A DNA stretch of 64,000 bases from Acidimicrobiia bacterium (GCA_045862915.1 BTVE01000010.1:7968-71967), one strand, 5' to 3'; counted from the stretch's first letter, positions 46,064 through 56,485 are shown. The notes: generated by a model from the letters alone, not told the origin. A program made the numbers and translations.

Positions 46064-47152
46064 ATGACGACGTCTGTGTATCACCGTGTGGCGGGGCTTC
46101 GCGCCCAGGGCCGTCGCGTGGCGGTCGCCACGGTTGTCCGCACACAAGGGAGTACGCCGCAGGTGGCGGGTGCGACGCTCGTGCTGGGAGAGCACGAGGA
46201 CATCCGCGCGGCCGTCGGTACGCTCGGCGGCGGTTGCGTTGAAGCGGACGCCGTCGAAACGGCGCACACCGTGCTGCAGACAGGGGAGTCTTCGCTGCGC
46301 TCGTACGTGCTCAACGAGGAGCTGGCCTGGAACACCGGACTCGTGTGCGGCGGCACGATGTGGATTCTTGTCCAGCGTGACGATGTCGCGTTTGCCCTGG
46401 GAGGCCAGGATGTGTTGCCCACGCTCGCGCAGGCCGCGTCTGACGGCGATCCGGTCGTCTTGCTGACGCGTCTCAGACGCCGGTCGTCCTCCGTGGAACT
46501 GGCAGGGCGTGCGCTGGTCCTTGCCGACGGGCGGATGCTCGGCACCTTTGGCGATGCCGATGTCGACGCTGCGGCGCGAGCGCGCGGGCTGGACCAATTG
46601 CCCCATGGCACGCCGCGTTCGGTCACGCTCGATACGGACCACGATCTGCTCCTGGAGGCTGTTGCCTGCCGGCCGCGCATCGTCGTCGCCGGCGGAGGCC
46701 ATGTCGCCCTGGCCATAGCCCGACAGGCGGCTGCGCTCGACTTTGACGTCACGATCCTGGAAGACCGCCCGGAGTTTGCCTCGCCGGAGCGTTTCCCCGG
46801 GGCCACGGTGCTGGAAGGTGATGTGCCTGCCTTGCTGGCCGGGCTCAGCTATACGTGGAACACGTTCATTGTCATTGCGACTCGCGGCCATAAACTCGAT
46901 GCGGATTGTGTGCTGGCGGCGACACGCACCAACGCGCGATACATCGGACTGCTGGGATCCCGGCGCAAGACCGTACTCATAGCCGACATGCTGCGAGACG
47001 AGGGCGTCCCTGCCGATCGGATCGGTGTGGTGCGGGCGCCGGTGGGACTGGATCTGGGCGGCCGGACACCTGCCGAGATTGCGCTGTCGGTGCTCGCGGA
47101 GATCACACAGATCCGCTACCACGGCAGCGGGGCTCCCCTGTCTGCCCGATAA
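46064..47152 (+). CDS. xdhC: XdhC/CoxI family accessory protein
   Basis: 362 aa. XdhC N-terminal domain plus a Rossmann-like part (VVAGGGHVALAIARQAAALDFDVTILEDRPEFA). Confidence 0.85.
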   Translation: MTTSVYHRVAGLRAQGRRVAVATVVRTQGSTPQVAGATLVLGEHEDIRAAVGTLGGGCVEADAVETAHTVLQTGESSLRSYVLNEELAWNTGLVCGGTMWILVQRDDVAFALGGQDVLPTLAQAASDGDPVVLLTRLRRRSSSVELAGRALVLADGRMLGTFGDADVDAAARARGLDQLPHGTPRSVTLDTDHDLLLEAVACRPRIVVAGGGHVALAIARQAAALDFDVTILEDRPEFASPERFPGATVLEGDVPALLAGLSYTWNTFIVIATRGHKLDADCVLAATRTNARYIGLLGSRRKTVLIADMLRDEGVPADRIGVVRAPVGLDLGGRTPAEIALSVLAEITQIRYHGSGAPLSAR

Positions 47153-47207
47153 CTCACGCAACCCGGCGAATCGGAACAAGTTTCCGGCGGCCTCCGTCCG
47201 GTAACCC

Positions 47208-49667
47208 ATGCTGTCCGATCTCCGACACGCCCTGCGTCTGCTCATCAAGGACCGCAGCTTCACGATCACTGCCCTGCTGACCCTGGCCATCTGCATCGGC
47301 GCCAACACGGCCATCTTCAGTGTGGTCGAATCGGTGTTGCTCAAGCCGCTGCCGGTGCCCGACGCCGATCGACTCGTCCTGGTGCTGAACGCGTATCCCA
47401 ACGCCGGTGCGCCGCGCGCGGGGGCCGCGGTGCCCGACTACTTTGACCGATTGGCCGGCGTGGACGCGCTCGAGGAACAGGCCGTCTATCGGCGGTCGGG
47501 AGCCACCTTCGGCAACAAAAACGGCGCAGAACGGCTGACGTCGGTGATCGCCACCCCATCCTTTTATCGACTGACCGGCGCCACGCCGCAGCTCGGCTCG
47601 TTGTTCAGCGAGGCCGACGCCGATGAGGGCGCGCAGCGTCGTGTGCTTCTGAGTCATCAGTTCTGGCAGCGCGCCTTCGGTGGACGCGCCGACATCGTCG
47701 GCACCTCCGTCCGGCTGAATGGCAACGTGCACCTGGTGGCGGGTGTGTTGCCCTCTGACTATCGAGTCCTGTGGAACGACGTCGATGTCTGGTTGCCGAC
47801 ACAGTTCACGGCCAACGAGAAGTCCGACAACGGCCGCCATTCGAACAACTGGACCATGGTGGGCCGTCTGAAATCGGGTGCATCGCTCGCCACGGTGCAG
47901 CAGCAGCTCAATGCGGTCAACGCCGCCAACGACGAACGTTTTCCTCAGTTTCGCCAAATCCTGAAGGACGCGGGTTATCGGACCGACGCGTTCATGCTGC
48001 AGGACGATCTCGTGCGCGAACTGCGCCCGGTGTTGTACCTGCTGTGGGGCGGCGTGCTGGTCGTCCTGCTCATCGGCTGCGTGAACATCGCGAACCTGGT
48101 GATGGTCCGCGCCTCAGGCCGCGCGCGCGAGATGGCCACACGTCACGCCATCGGCGCTACCTACGGCCGCCTTGGTCGTCAGATGCTCTCTGAAACGGTG
48201 TTGCTGGCCGTGGCCGGTGGCGGTCTTGGTCTCGTGCTCGGCTGGTGGGCGCTGAGTGCGGTTCCCTCGTTGGGGCTTGATGAGCTTCCGCGCGGTCACG
48301 AAATCGCCCTCGACATGACTGCCGTGGGTGTGGCGGTCGGACTCACGCTGATTGTCGGCATCGTCATCGGACTGGCGCCCGTGCTGCGATTGCGTGTGAT
48401 GAACGTCAACAACACCCTGCGCGAGGAAGGTCGCGGCGGTACGGTGAGTCGTCGCACCAACCTTGTCCGGCGCGGCCTGGCGACCGCGCAGGTGTCGCTG
48501 GCCTTTGTGTTGTTGATTGGCGCGGGTTTGATGACGGCGTCCTTCCGCGAAGTGCTGCGCATCTCGCCGGGTTTTGATCCGGAAGGTGTCATCACCGCGC
48601 AACTGTCGCTGCCGGCAGTGACGTATCCGGAAGACGCCGACATTGCCCAGGTGTCGGCGCGCCTGCTGGCGTCCGCACGCGAGATTGCCGGGGTGGAATA
48701 CGTCGGCACGACATCGGTCATGCCGATGACGGGGGACTACAGCAGCAGCGTAATCTTCGCTGAAGGTTACGTCGCGGCTCCAGGCGAGTCCCTGCTCTCA
48801 CCGGCACAGGCGTCCGTCAGCGACGGGTACTTCGAAGCCATGGGCACCAAACTCGTCCGTGGACGGTTCTTCACGCCCGCCGATACCGCCGATTCACATC
48901 CCGTCATCATCGTGGATCAGCAACTCGCCGAAAAATTCTGGCCCGGCCAGGATCCGATCGGACGTCGCATGTATCGGCCGGCGTCGATGGAGGCACCCAC
49001 GGCGATTACACCCGACACCGTGTTCACCACGGTGGTGGGTGTTGTGGAGAATGTGCAGATTCTCGGCCTGGCCAGCAGCATCCCCATGGTGGGCGCCTAC
49101 TACTATCCGCAGTCTCAGGTGCCTGACCGCGGTCCGGTCATCGCCCTGCGCACGCGCACGTCGCCTGAAAGTGTGGTGAACGCGTTGCGCAGCAAGGTGG
49201 CAGCAGTCAACCCTGAACTGCCGGTGTACGACGTGAACACAATGATGGAGCTTGTTGATCAGTCCCTCATTGGCCGACGTGTGCCGATGTTGCTGGCCGG
49301 CGCGTTTGCCGGCGTCGCCTTGTTCCTGTCGGCCATCGGCGTGTATGGCGTGCTCGCCTATCAGGTGTCACAGCGACGCCGCGAGATTGGCATCCGCATG
49401 GCGCTGGGCAGTACGGCGCGCGAAGTGTTTGCGCTGGTGCTTGGTGATGGACTGAAGATCGCCGCCGTGGGTGTCGGCATCGGCCTGGCAGGAAGTTATT
49501 TCGTCGGGCGAGCCATGGAAAGCCAGCTCTATCGCGTGGCACCGTTCGACCCGATCGTCGTGGCCAGCGTCGCGATGATGCTCACCGTGGTGGCATCCAT
49601 CGCAACGCTGGTACCGGCCCGTCGAGCCTCGAAGGTCAACCCGCTGATCGCGCTCAACGACAACTAG
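47208..49667 (+). CDS. ADOP-family duplicated MacB/FtsX-like ABC permease
   Basis: 819 aa. The N-terminus [36 protein letters not shown] is typical of Acidobacterial duplicated orphan permeases. Two FtsX-like halves. Confidence 0.9.
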   Translation: MLSDLRHALRLLIKDRSFTITALLTLAICIGANTAIFSVVESVLLKPLPVPDADRLVLVLNAYPNAGAPRAGAAVPDYFDRLAGVDALEEQAVYRRSGATFGNKNGAERLTSVIATPSFYRLTGATPQLGSLFSEADADEGAQRRVLLSHQFWQRAFGGRADIVGTSVRLNGNVHLVAGVLPSDYRVLWNDVDVWLPTQFTANEKSDNGRHSNNWTMVGRLKSGASLATVQQQLNAVNAANDERFPQFRQILKDAGYRTDAFMLQDDLVRELRPVLYLLWGGVLVVLLIGCVNIANLVMVRASGRAREMATRHAIGATYGRLGRQMLSETVLLAVAGGGLGLVLGWWALSAVPSLGLDELPRGHEIALDMTAVGVAVGLTLIVGIVIGLAPVLRLRVMNVNNTLREEGRGGTVSRRTNLVRRGLATAQVSLAFVLLIGAGLMTASFREVLRISPGFDPEGVITAQLSLPAVTYPEDADIAQVSARLLASAREIAGVEYVGTTSVMPMTGDYSSSVIFAEGYVAAPGESLLSPAQASVSDGYFEAMGTKLVRGRFFTPADTADSHPVIIVDQQLAEKFWPGQDPIGRRMYRPASMEAPTAITPDTVFTTVVGVVENVQILGLASSIPMVGAYYYPQSQVPDRGPVIALRTRTSPESVVNALRSKVAAVNPELPVYDVNTMMELVDQSLIGRRVPMLLAGAFAGVALFLSAIGVYGVLAYQVSQRRREIGIRMALGSTAREVFALVLGDGLKIAAVGVGIGLAGSYFVGRAMESQLYRVAPFDPIVVASVAMMLTVVASIATLVPARRASKVNPLIALNDN

Positions 49668-49696
49668 CGGATGGCGGAGGAACCCCGGAACCCCGT

Positions 49697-50089
49697 CTAC
49701 GCTCTCTGCGCGTAGGTGATGATCCAGCCGTCCGGATCCAGGAACGCAAACTCTTTCATGCCGTACCACTTCGTCTCGAGCGGCATGACGACACGCACCT
49801 TCGGGGTTAGCTCCGCGTAGAGCCGTTCAATGTCGGTTACCTCAAAGAACAACGTCAACGTTCCGCCGATCGGCTGATTCCGGAACGGCTTGTACTCCTC
49901 AGCGGCAGACTCGTACGAGTTGAGGAACAACTCGATGGTGCCGTGATTGAGAATCGCAAAGGCCAAAGGTGGCGCATCGGGCACCGTCATGACGACGGAG
50001 AAGCCGAGGACGTCGCGATAAAACGCCACGCTCTGCTCAACGTTCGAGACAACGAGGTTCGGAGTGAGTTTGGTGATCGACGAGTTCAT
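49697..50089 (-). CDS. VOC/glyoxalase-bleomycin resistance family protein
   Basis: 130 aa with the VOC fold pattern. Confidence 0.8.
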   Translation of the reverse strand: MNSSITKLTPNLVVSNVEQSVAFYRDVLGFSVVMTVPDAPPLAFAILNHGTIELFLNSYESAAEEYKPFRNQPIGGTLTLFFEVTDIERLYAELTPKVRVVMPLETKWYGMKEFAFLDPDGWIITYAQRA

Positions 50090-50232
50090 TGGTGGCTCCA
50101 GTTCGGGGACGCACGAAGGGCGCCCACTCGCTGACGCCTACGTCCGCACCTCGGCGAGATCGGGATGCAGGTAGGGGACCAATTCGTGCGTGTCCCCGCT
50201 AGGAACAGGGCCACAATAACACAAGGGATTCC

Positions 50233-51012
50233 ATGATTCCGTATCACGACGAAAACGAGACGCAGCGTACGCCGATCGTCACGCTGGTGTTGATTGCCGC
50301 ATGTGTGATCGTGTGGATTCTGTTCCAAGGCGCCGGTGCGCAGGAACCCCTGATGGCCTCGGTGTGCAACTACGGCCTGATTGCCGGCGAGCTGACGGGC
50401 ACGGTACCGGTGGGCGCCGGATTCCAGATGACCGCGACCATGGCGTGCCTGACTGACCCTGGCCCGCAGGTCGCCCATGTCTTCACGTCGATGTTCCTGC
50501 ACGGCGGCTGGATGCACCTGATCGGCAACATGTTGTTCCTGTGGGTGTTCGGCAACAACATTGAAGACTCGATGTCGCGTCCGCGCTTCATCGTGTTCTA
50601 CCTCCTGTGTGGCGTTGCGGCGGCTCTGGCGCAGGTGTACTCGGAACCCGATGCCATCGTGCCGATGGTTGGCGCATCAGGCGCCATCAGCGGCGTGATG
50701 GGTGGATACCTGATTCTGTATCCGCGCGTCCGCGTCTACACGATGATTCCACTCGGGTTCATCTTCACGACGGTCGCGCTCCCGGCCTGGGTGATGTTGA
50801 TCTACTGGATGGCGTTGCAGTTCTTCAGCGGGTTTGCCAACGCCGTGAGTGCTGCCGGAGGCGACAACGTCGCCTACTGGGCCCACATCGGCGGGTTTGT
50901 CGCCGGTGTCGTGTTGATCAAGCTGTTTGCGCGTTCGGATGCGGTGGCGCGGCATCGGTCTGATCAGTGGCGCCCTCGGCGTGCGGGATGGGAATACGGA
51001 CGGCGGCGGTAA
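50233..51012 (+). CDS. rhomboid family intramembrane serine protease
   Basis: GASGAISGVMGGY (catalytic Ser) and HIGGFVAGV (catalytic His). Confidence 0.9.
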   Translation: MIPYHDENETQRTPIVTLVLIAACVIVWILFQGAGAQEPLMASVCNYGLIAGELTGTVPVGAGFQMTATMACLTDPGPQVAHVFTSMFLHGGWMHLIGNMLFLWVFGNNIEDSMSRPRFIVFYLLCGVAAALAQVYSEPDAIVPMVGASGAISGVMGGYLILYPRVRVYTMIPLGFIFTTVALPAWVMLIYWMALQFFSGFANAVSAAGGDNVAYWAHIGGFVAGVVLIKLFARSDAVARHRSDQWRPRRAGWEYGRRR

Positions 51013-51916
51013 CCTCGAACGAAAAAGCATCCGGTCGCGAGTAGTGACCGGCCACATCGAGTGTCATGCGCTCCTGGTCGAGCAGCTGCGGATCCAGCGA
51101 TGCGCGAAGCACGGTGGGCTCGTCGAACACGGGCCCGATCATGTACTCACCATTTGGGCCAAGGATGGCGCTGCCCCCGCGCAGCACGAGCGTGTCGTCG
51201 TCTCCCGCGCGCGACGCATCCCGCTCGAATTCCTTCGGCAACGCGCCTGCGCGCATCAATGCGCCGGCCGCCAACACGAAGCAGCGTCCTTCAAACGCGT
51301 AGTGGCGGCTCGCGATCTGATGCCGTTCGTGTACGGTCGGCCATACCGCCACGTGAATGTCTTCACCTGATTCATGGAGCGCCTGGCGCGAAAGCGGCAT
51401 CCAATGCTCCCAGCAGACGAGCCCGCCTACGCGGCCCGCCGGTGTGTCCACCGCGCGGAGCCCTGCGGTGTCACCGCGTCCCCACACGAGCCGTTCGGTG
51501 TACGTCGGCACCAGCTTGCGATGGTGATTGAGCAGGGTCCCGTCAGGTCCGTACGTGAGCAAACTGTTGAACAACGTGCCGTAGGCCGGACCTGCCGAAA
51601 TCCGTTCACTGACGCCAATCACCAGCGTGACGCCCGCATCGGCTGCGATGGCGGCCAGCGCGCGTCCTGACTCGCCGGAGACGTCGACACTTTCGGAGCG
51701 GTAGTGGGCAAAGACCTGTTTTGTCGGGGGATGATCCCAGAGGGCCACGTCGCGACAGACGTCCAGCCAGGCCGGGTAGCCAGGCAGCCAGGTCTCGGGA
51801 AACACCACCAGCGTCGCACCACCAGCGGCCGCCTCCATCGTCATCTGTCGAGTGAGCGCCAACCCCTCGTCTAGTGTCGGGGCTATTTCAGCCTGGATGA
51901 TCGCGACCTCAACCAT
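50918..51916 (-). CDS. nitrilase/carbon-nitrogen hydrolase family protein
   Basis: Glu-Lys-Cys triad context: VVFPETW, HHRKLVPT, LVCWEHWMP. Confidence 0.85.
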   Translation of the reverse strand: MVEVAIIQAEIAPTLDEGLALTRQMTMEAAAGGATLVVFPETWLPGYPAWLDVCRDVALWDHPPTKQVFAHYRSESVDVSGESGRALAAIAADAGVTLVIGVSERISAGPAYGTLFNSLLTYGPDGTLLNHHRKLVPTYTERLVWGRGDTAGLRAVDTPAGRVGGLVCWEHWMPLSRQALHESGEDIHVAVWPTVHERHQIASRHYAFEGRCFVLAAGALMRAGALPKEFERDASRAGDDDTLVLRGGSAILGPNGEYMIGPVFDEPTVLRASLDPQLLDQERMTLDVAGHYSRPDAFSFEVTAAVRIPIPHAEGATDQTDAAPPHPNAQTA

Positions 51917-51984
51917 GGTCCTGGTACTGTACCCCGGTTTACCCGGGCGTGTCCGCCGATGTCGACTTTGTGAGACCCCCGAGT

Positions 51985-53844
51985 TCAGGCGCGCGGCAGG
52001 TCGCTCAGCGCGGCAGGAGGAAACGACGCGCGCAGCGCATTAAGTACGGCGACGACGTCGATGATCTCCTGCACCACGGCGCCCTGAACCGGAGGCAACC
52101 ACCCGGCTGCGGCCACGCCCATCGCGATCACGGAGAGCGCCATGCCGCCGACCGCACTCTGGAGGGCGACGCGCCGCATGCGACGCCCGATGTGCAGCAG
52201 TTCGTCCGCGCGACTGAGGGAACTGTCCATGATGATCACGCCCGCGGCTTCCGTCGTGACATCGCTGGCCTGACCAAACGCGACTCCGACGGTCGCGGCC
52301 GCCAAAGCCGGGGCGTCGTTGATGCCGTCACCCATGAAGACCGTCGGCGCCCGCCCGGCCTCGGCTCGCACGATGGCGACCTTGTCCTCCGGGCTCTGTG
52401 ATGCGTACACCTCGGTGATTCCGACACGTTCGGCGAGGTACCGCACCTCGCTGTCGCGATCGCCCGAGACGAGCAGGAGCCGGGTGAAGCCGTGGCGAGG
52501 TCCCAGATGCGCCACGAACATCCGGCCATCCTCACGAGGTTCATCGCGGAAGCGGATCAGGGCAGCGACGCGATCATCCACGACGACCACACACTCGAGT
52601 CCGCTCTCAACCGCCGGCAGTGCGGTTACGCCGCAGGAATCCACCCGCGCAGCGCCAATCCGGCTCGTGATCAACACGCGACGGCCATCAATGGTGCCGG
52701 TCAGCCCTTCGCCCGGCCGCTCACTGACGGCACCGGCTTCCGGAATCGTCACGCGGCGTGATGCCGCCTCTGCGAGGAGGGCCTCCGCCAATGGGTGCCG
52801 GGAATACTGTTCGAGCCCCGCAACCATGGCCAACACGGACGACTCCTCATGAGGGGCCATGGTGACGATGGACGTGACCTTTGGTTCGCCATACGTCAAC
52901 GTGCCCGTTTTGTCGAAGATTGCAGTGCGGCACGTATCGATGACTTCAAGGGCGGCCGGATCACGGACGACGATGCCACGTCGCGCGGCCAGCGAGATCG
53001 AGCCGATGATGCTGACCGGAATCGCGATGAGCAGTGGGCAGGGCGTGGCCACCACGAGTACGGCGAGGAAACGCACCGGATCGCCGCTCCAGATCCATGC
53101 GCCGATGGCCAGCGCAACCGCCAGCGGGGTGTACCACGCGCCAAGTTGATCGCCCAGGCGACGCAGCGCCGGCCGGCGCTGCTCCGACTCGCGCATGACC
53201 GCCATGATGCGGGCGTATCTCGAGTCCACCGCGCGGCGCTCGGCCCTGACGCGCAGCACACCCTCACCATTCACGGCTCCAGACAACACGCTGCTGCCGA
53301 CCGTCTTCGACAGGCGGTAGGGTTCGCCGGTGAGGTACGACTCGTCCATGGCGCTGCGGCCTTCCACCACAACCCCGTCCACCGGACACGTTGCGTGTGG
53401 ATGGATGACGACGACGTCGCCGGGACTGATGGCGTCGAGCGGGACCGGCGTTTCCTTGCCGTCCTTCAGGAGGTGCGCTTCACTGGGCAGCCGTTTCGCG
53501 AGCGCTGACAGCGCCGAGGATGCGCGGCGTACGGCATAGGCTTCCAGCGTCTGCCCGCCCGAGAGCATGAGCACGACGAGTGTGCCCGCGAGGTATTCGC
53601 CCAGCCAGAGGGACGTGAGGATGGACAGACCGGCCAGCAGGTCTGCGCTGAACTGGCCGCGCCGGATGGATGCGCCGAGGTCGATGAGGAGCGGGATCCC
53701 GCCAAGCACGAGAGCGCTCAGCAGGGGCCACGTGACACCCAGCGCGAGGTGGAGCCCGATCGCCGCGATCGCCAGCAGAGCGATCGCGGCTTCACGGCGA
53801 GAGGTACTCGGCACGCCGAAATTGTAGTGCGCCTCGCGACGCAC
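51985..53844 (-). CDS. P1B-type heavy-metal ATPase with a TPCP transmembrane motif and no N-terminal HMA domain
   Basis: 619 aa with a GTG start. Motifs DKTGTLT, SRHPLAEA, GDGINDAPAL. The transmembrane metal-site motif reads VVATPCPLLIA. Confidence 0.9.
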   Translation of the reverse strand: MRREAHYNFGVPSTSRREAAIALLAIAAIGLHLALGVTWPLLSALVLGGIPLLIDLGASIRRGQFSADLLAGLSILTSLWLGEYLAGTLVVLMLSGGQTLEAYAVRRASSALSALAKRLPSEAHLLKDGKETPVPLDAISPGDVVVIHPHATCPVDGVVVEGRSAMDESYLTGEPYRLSKTVGSSVLSGAVNGEGVLRVRAERRAVDSRYARIMAVMRESEQRRPALRRLGDQLGAWYTPLAVALAIGAWIWSGDPVRFLAVLVVATPCPLLIAIPVSIIGSISLAARRGIVVRDPAALEVIDTCRTAIFDKTGTLTYGEPKVTSIVTMAPHEESSVLAMVAGLEQYSRHPLAEALLAEAASRRVTIPEAGAVSERPGEGLTGTIDGRRVLITSRIGAARVDSCGVTALPAVESGLECVVVVDDRVAALIRFRDEPREDGRMFVAHLGPRHGFTRLLLVSGDRDSEVRYLAERVGITEVYASQSPEDKVAIVRAEAGRAPTVFMGDGINDAPALAAATVGVAFGQASDVTTEAAGVIIMDSSLSRADELLHIGRRMRRVALQSAVGGMALSVIAMGVAAAGWLPPVQGAVVQEIIDVVAVLNALRASFPPAALSDLPRA

Positions 53845-53848
53845 CCGC

Positions 53849-54220
53849 TCAGCGGTGCTGGTCGATCAGGATCGGGTTGCCGTCAGGGTCGACCATCGTG
53901 ATGTGGGCCGGTCCGGACGTGGACTCGTCACATTCGCTTGTCAGCGTGATGCCGGCCGCCTTGAGCTGCTGCTGCAGCTGGCGCACGTCGGTGAACGGCT
54001 CGACGTTCCTGGCGTCCTGGTCCCAGCCAGGGTTGAACGTCAGGATGTTCTTGTCGAACATGCCCTGGAACAGCCCAATGACGTGCGGGCCGTTCTTGAG
54101 GATGAGCCAGTTCTGCGCGACGTCGCCACCCATCGACGTGAAGCCCAACTTCTCGTAGAACGCCCGCGACGCGGCGATGTCCTTGACTGCGAGGCTGACC
54201 GAAAAACACCCAAGCTGCAT
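53849..54220 (-). CDS. VOC/glyoxalase family protein
   Basis: 123 aa with the VOC fold pattern. Directly abuts the upstream gene (TGAATG). Confidence 0.8.
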   Translation of the reverse strand: MQLGCFSVSLAVKDIAASRAFYEKLGFTSMGGDVAQNWLILKNGPHVIGLFQGMFDKNILTFNPGWDQDARNVEPFTDVRQLQQQLKAAGITLTSECDESTSGPAHITMVDPDGNPILIDQHR

Positions 54221-54934
54221 TCATTCCTCCGTGGTGATGGCGCGTGTATAGGCTGCCGTGACGTCGGCCCGCAGCTGCGCGAGGCGCGCGGGCGGCAGAC
54301 CGTACGTCGAGAACCAGAATCCGGCGCGCACCTGCGGACTGCCTGGTTCGATTTCGATGAAGACCACCGCGTCATTAAGCGCAGCGACGGTGTAAGCCGC
54401 CTGCGACGTGGCCGCGCGCTCGAAGACGCACGCGGCGCCGAACGTGTCGAGCACCCCTTGCAGCCGCGCGAACACATCGGCGGCCGGCAGGGCAGTTGGC
54501 GTCCGGAATCCGATGACGTCGCGTGGCACGCCGTGATGACGCTCCAGGTACCACTTGAGGTGGAACGTGAAATACGTCCAGCCGGCATCAACCATGTGGT
54601 ACTCGCCGTCCCACTCAGGGCCGTCGCCAAACCCTGACTGAACCAGCCGGACGACGGTGCCGCCATCGCGGCTTTCAAGATGAAAGTCCACGGCGATCTT
54701 CACCGGACCCCGTGTTTCAGTCCACTGAAGACGCCGCTCCGGTTCCCAGGCGGTGATCGGCGCCTCGCCCGACGCGCCATCTCCCCAGGAGATCCAGATC
54801 GAGCCGCCGGCGCCGGGCGTGACCTTCGCCTCCACCGGAAACCATCGCACGAGCTCATCGGCGTCCGAGAGTGCGCGCCACACCGCCTCGACCGGCGCAT
54901 CGATGAACACTTCCTTGACGACGTCGCGACTCAC
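54221..54934 (-). CDS. SRPBCC (AHSA1/START-like) domain protein
   Basis: FIDAPVEAVWRALSDADELVRWFP, 237 aa. GTGA overlap upstream. Confidence 0.8.
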   Translation of the reverse strand: MSRDVVKEVFIDAPVEAVWRALSDADELVRWFPVEAKVTPGAGGSIWISWGDGASGEAPITAWEPERRLQWTETRGPVKIAVDFHLESRDGGTVVRLVQSGFGDGPEWDGEYHMVDAGWTYFTFHLKWYLERHHGVPRDVIGFRTPTALPAADVFARLQGVLDTFGAACVFERAATSQAAYTVAALNDAVVFIEIEPGSPQVRAGFWFSTYGLPPARLAQLRADVTAAYTRAITTEE

Positions 54935-55536
54935 CGCTGCCTCCGATGTGTGATGGACACAACCGTCAGCGGGTCGCGATCGGGAAAGCGGAAGACGATC
55001 TCGGTGACGTAGGTGTCGCCATCAACGACGCGGAGTGTCATGTCGTACCGGCGCGTCTCTTTTGTGCCGGCTTCAATCTCAAGCGTTTCCCCGCGCATGC
55101 GCATCAGGCCGTCAGGTTCGCGCGTGCCGGCAGCCGTCACGTAGTAGGTGCCCATCGTGTCGAAGCCCACGACGGTGTATTCGTTGGTCCGTCGATCAAA
55201 TCCGTAGATCGACAGCACCTCGACGGTAGGTTCGCCAATGCCGGTGGGATTGTTGGACGAGCCTTCGGAGATCAGGAAGCGTCCCCCGAGTCCCATGCGG
55301 TTCACGATGACACCCGTGGCTCGCGCGGGTGGGCCTCCAATCTGATAGGTGATCTCCTGGGTCCATCGGCCGACCAGCTGCGCAAGCGCCTGATGCTCGA
55401 CGGTCGGTCGCAGGGGTTCGAGCATCTGCTCGATCTGCTCAGGTGATGGACGCTCCGTTTGTGCGGCCGCCAACGCCGGCCAGAGGAGTGCGGTGGCCGC
55501 GAGCAGGGTGTGCGTCAGTCGACGCGTGAGTGTCAT
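54931..55536 (-). CDS. secreted DUF1579-like protein
   Basis: Signal MTLTRRLTHTLLAATALLWPALAAA. ATGA overlap with the ArsR gene. The family call is tentative. Confidence 0.6.
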   Translation of the reverse strand: MTLTRRLTHTLLAATALLWPALAAAQTERPSPEQIEQMLEPLRPTVEHQALAQLVGRWTQEITYQIGGPPARATGVIVNRMGLGGRFLISEGSSNNPTGIGEPTVEVLSIYGFDRRTNEYTVVGFDTMGTYYVTAAGTREPDGLMRMRGETLEIEAGTKETRRYDMTLRVVDGDTYVTEIVFRFPDRDPLTVVSITHRRQR

Positions 55537-56135
55537 GGTTGTGGCTCCTTGTAGACGGGATGCGCGCCGGCAAACAGCCGGTATGGTCTGCGATTGCGGC
55601 CCGGCCGGGACGAGTATTTCGCCGCCAGCTGCTGGACGGCGCCGAGCAGTTCCTGCGCAAATGCTTCGCGGTCTGCGGGTGACGCCAGCGAGATCTCGGT
55701 GTCGATCGTGAGGGTGGTCAGCCGCTGTCCGGCTGCCCGCGCCCGCTCCGACAGGGCCGCGACTTCCCGGATGGTGCGCGCGGCGACCGCGACCTGGTAG
55801 GTGGATGAAAAGGCGTCTGCGGTGACCGGCGTCGTCCCGATGGTGTGCGGCGTGACGAGGAAATGTGTCGCGGTGGCTCGGACGAGCCGTTCCTTGAGAC
55901 CGCGCCGTTGCCGCTGGCCGACCTCCTGGATCAATCCGGCCTTTTCCAGAACGCGCAGGTGGTAGTTGACGACCTGCCTCGGCAGACCAAGTGACGTAGC
56001 GACCGTCGTTGCCGAGCCGGGTTCTGCCAGCGCTTCGACAATCTGCCGACGGAGCGGAAGCTGGAGCGCACCGGCCGCGTCAGCGTCGGCCACAACGGCA
56101 GGGCCATCGGCGTCCAGGGCATGCAAGGCAGCCAT
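55533..56135 (-). CDS. ArsR/SmtB-family HTH transcriptional regulator
   Basis: RRQIVEALAEPGSATTVATSLGLPRQVVNYHLRVLEKAGLI. I prefer the ATG at 56135. The ORF track start (TTG 56171) lies inside the palindrome. Confidence 0.85.
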   Translation of the reverse strand: MAALHALDADGPAVVADADAAGALQLPLRRQIVEALAEPGSATTVATSLGLPRQVVNYHLRVLEKAGLIQEVGQRQRRGLKERLVRATATHFLVTPHTIGTTPVTADAFSSTYQVAVAARTIREVAALSERARAAGQRLTTLTIDTEISLASPADREAFAQELLGAVQQLAAKYSSRPGRNRRPYRLFAGAHPVYKEPQP

Positions 56136-56147
56136 GGCCCGAGTGTA

Positions 56148-56175
56148 GTTATTGACAAATGTATTTGTCAATAAC
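56148..56175. promoter_or_regulatory. 13-2-13 perfect palindromic operator with embedded TTGACA boxes
   Basis: GTTATTGACAAAT-GT-ATTTGTCAATAAC. It is AT-rich in a GC-rich context and ends 12 nt upstream of the ArsR ATG at 56135. ArsR/SmtB operators are classically 12-2-12 inverted repeats. Confidence 0.7.
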
Positions 56176-56188
56176 GGTGATTCGGGGA

Positions 56189-56455
56189 TTAATGGTCTTC
56201 GTGGCGATGCGCCGTGGCCTCACGGTCGCGGGCCGCGGTTTCCTGGCGGCCGACCGCCGCCGCCTTGCGGTTTTTGGCATCCGCAAACGCGCGCGTACGC
56301 TCCGCGGAGCTGACAGCAAACGAGGCAGGCAGCCGCGTCAGCTCGGTACTCCTGCAAGACGGACAGGAGGTGGGTGGGTCGCCGTACGACGCTGCTCGCA
56401 CGAGGGCCTCGAACCGAACGCCGCAGGTCACGCAGTCGAAGTCGAAAAGAGGCAT
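56189..56455 (-). CDS. FmdB-family zinc-ribbon protein
   Basis: MPLFDFDCVTCGVRFE...CPSCRS is the CxxC..CxxC zinc ribbon typical of the FmdB family. Confidence 0.8.
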   Translation of the reverse strand: MPLFDFDCVTCGVRFEALVRAASYGDPPTSCPSCRSTELTRLPASFAVSSAERTRAFADAKNRKAAAVGRQETAARDREATAHRHEDH

Positions 56456-56485
56456 GCGCGCATTCTGCCATGGGCGCCGGCAGGT

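Noticed and set aside
47201-47230. GTAACC-N16-CGAC at the ADOP permease gene.
   Set aside because: The -35-like box overlaps the ATG (47208), so the -10 box would lie inside the coding sequence, and the -10 deviates from the consensus. Most likely chance.
50918-51012. 95-nt convergent overlap of the rhomboid and nitrilase genes as a possible regulatory antisense arrangement.
   Set aside because: Both overlapping tails are low-complexity extensions beyond the conserved domains. This is likely just late stop codons in GC-rich DNA.
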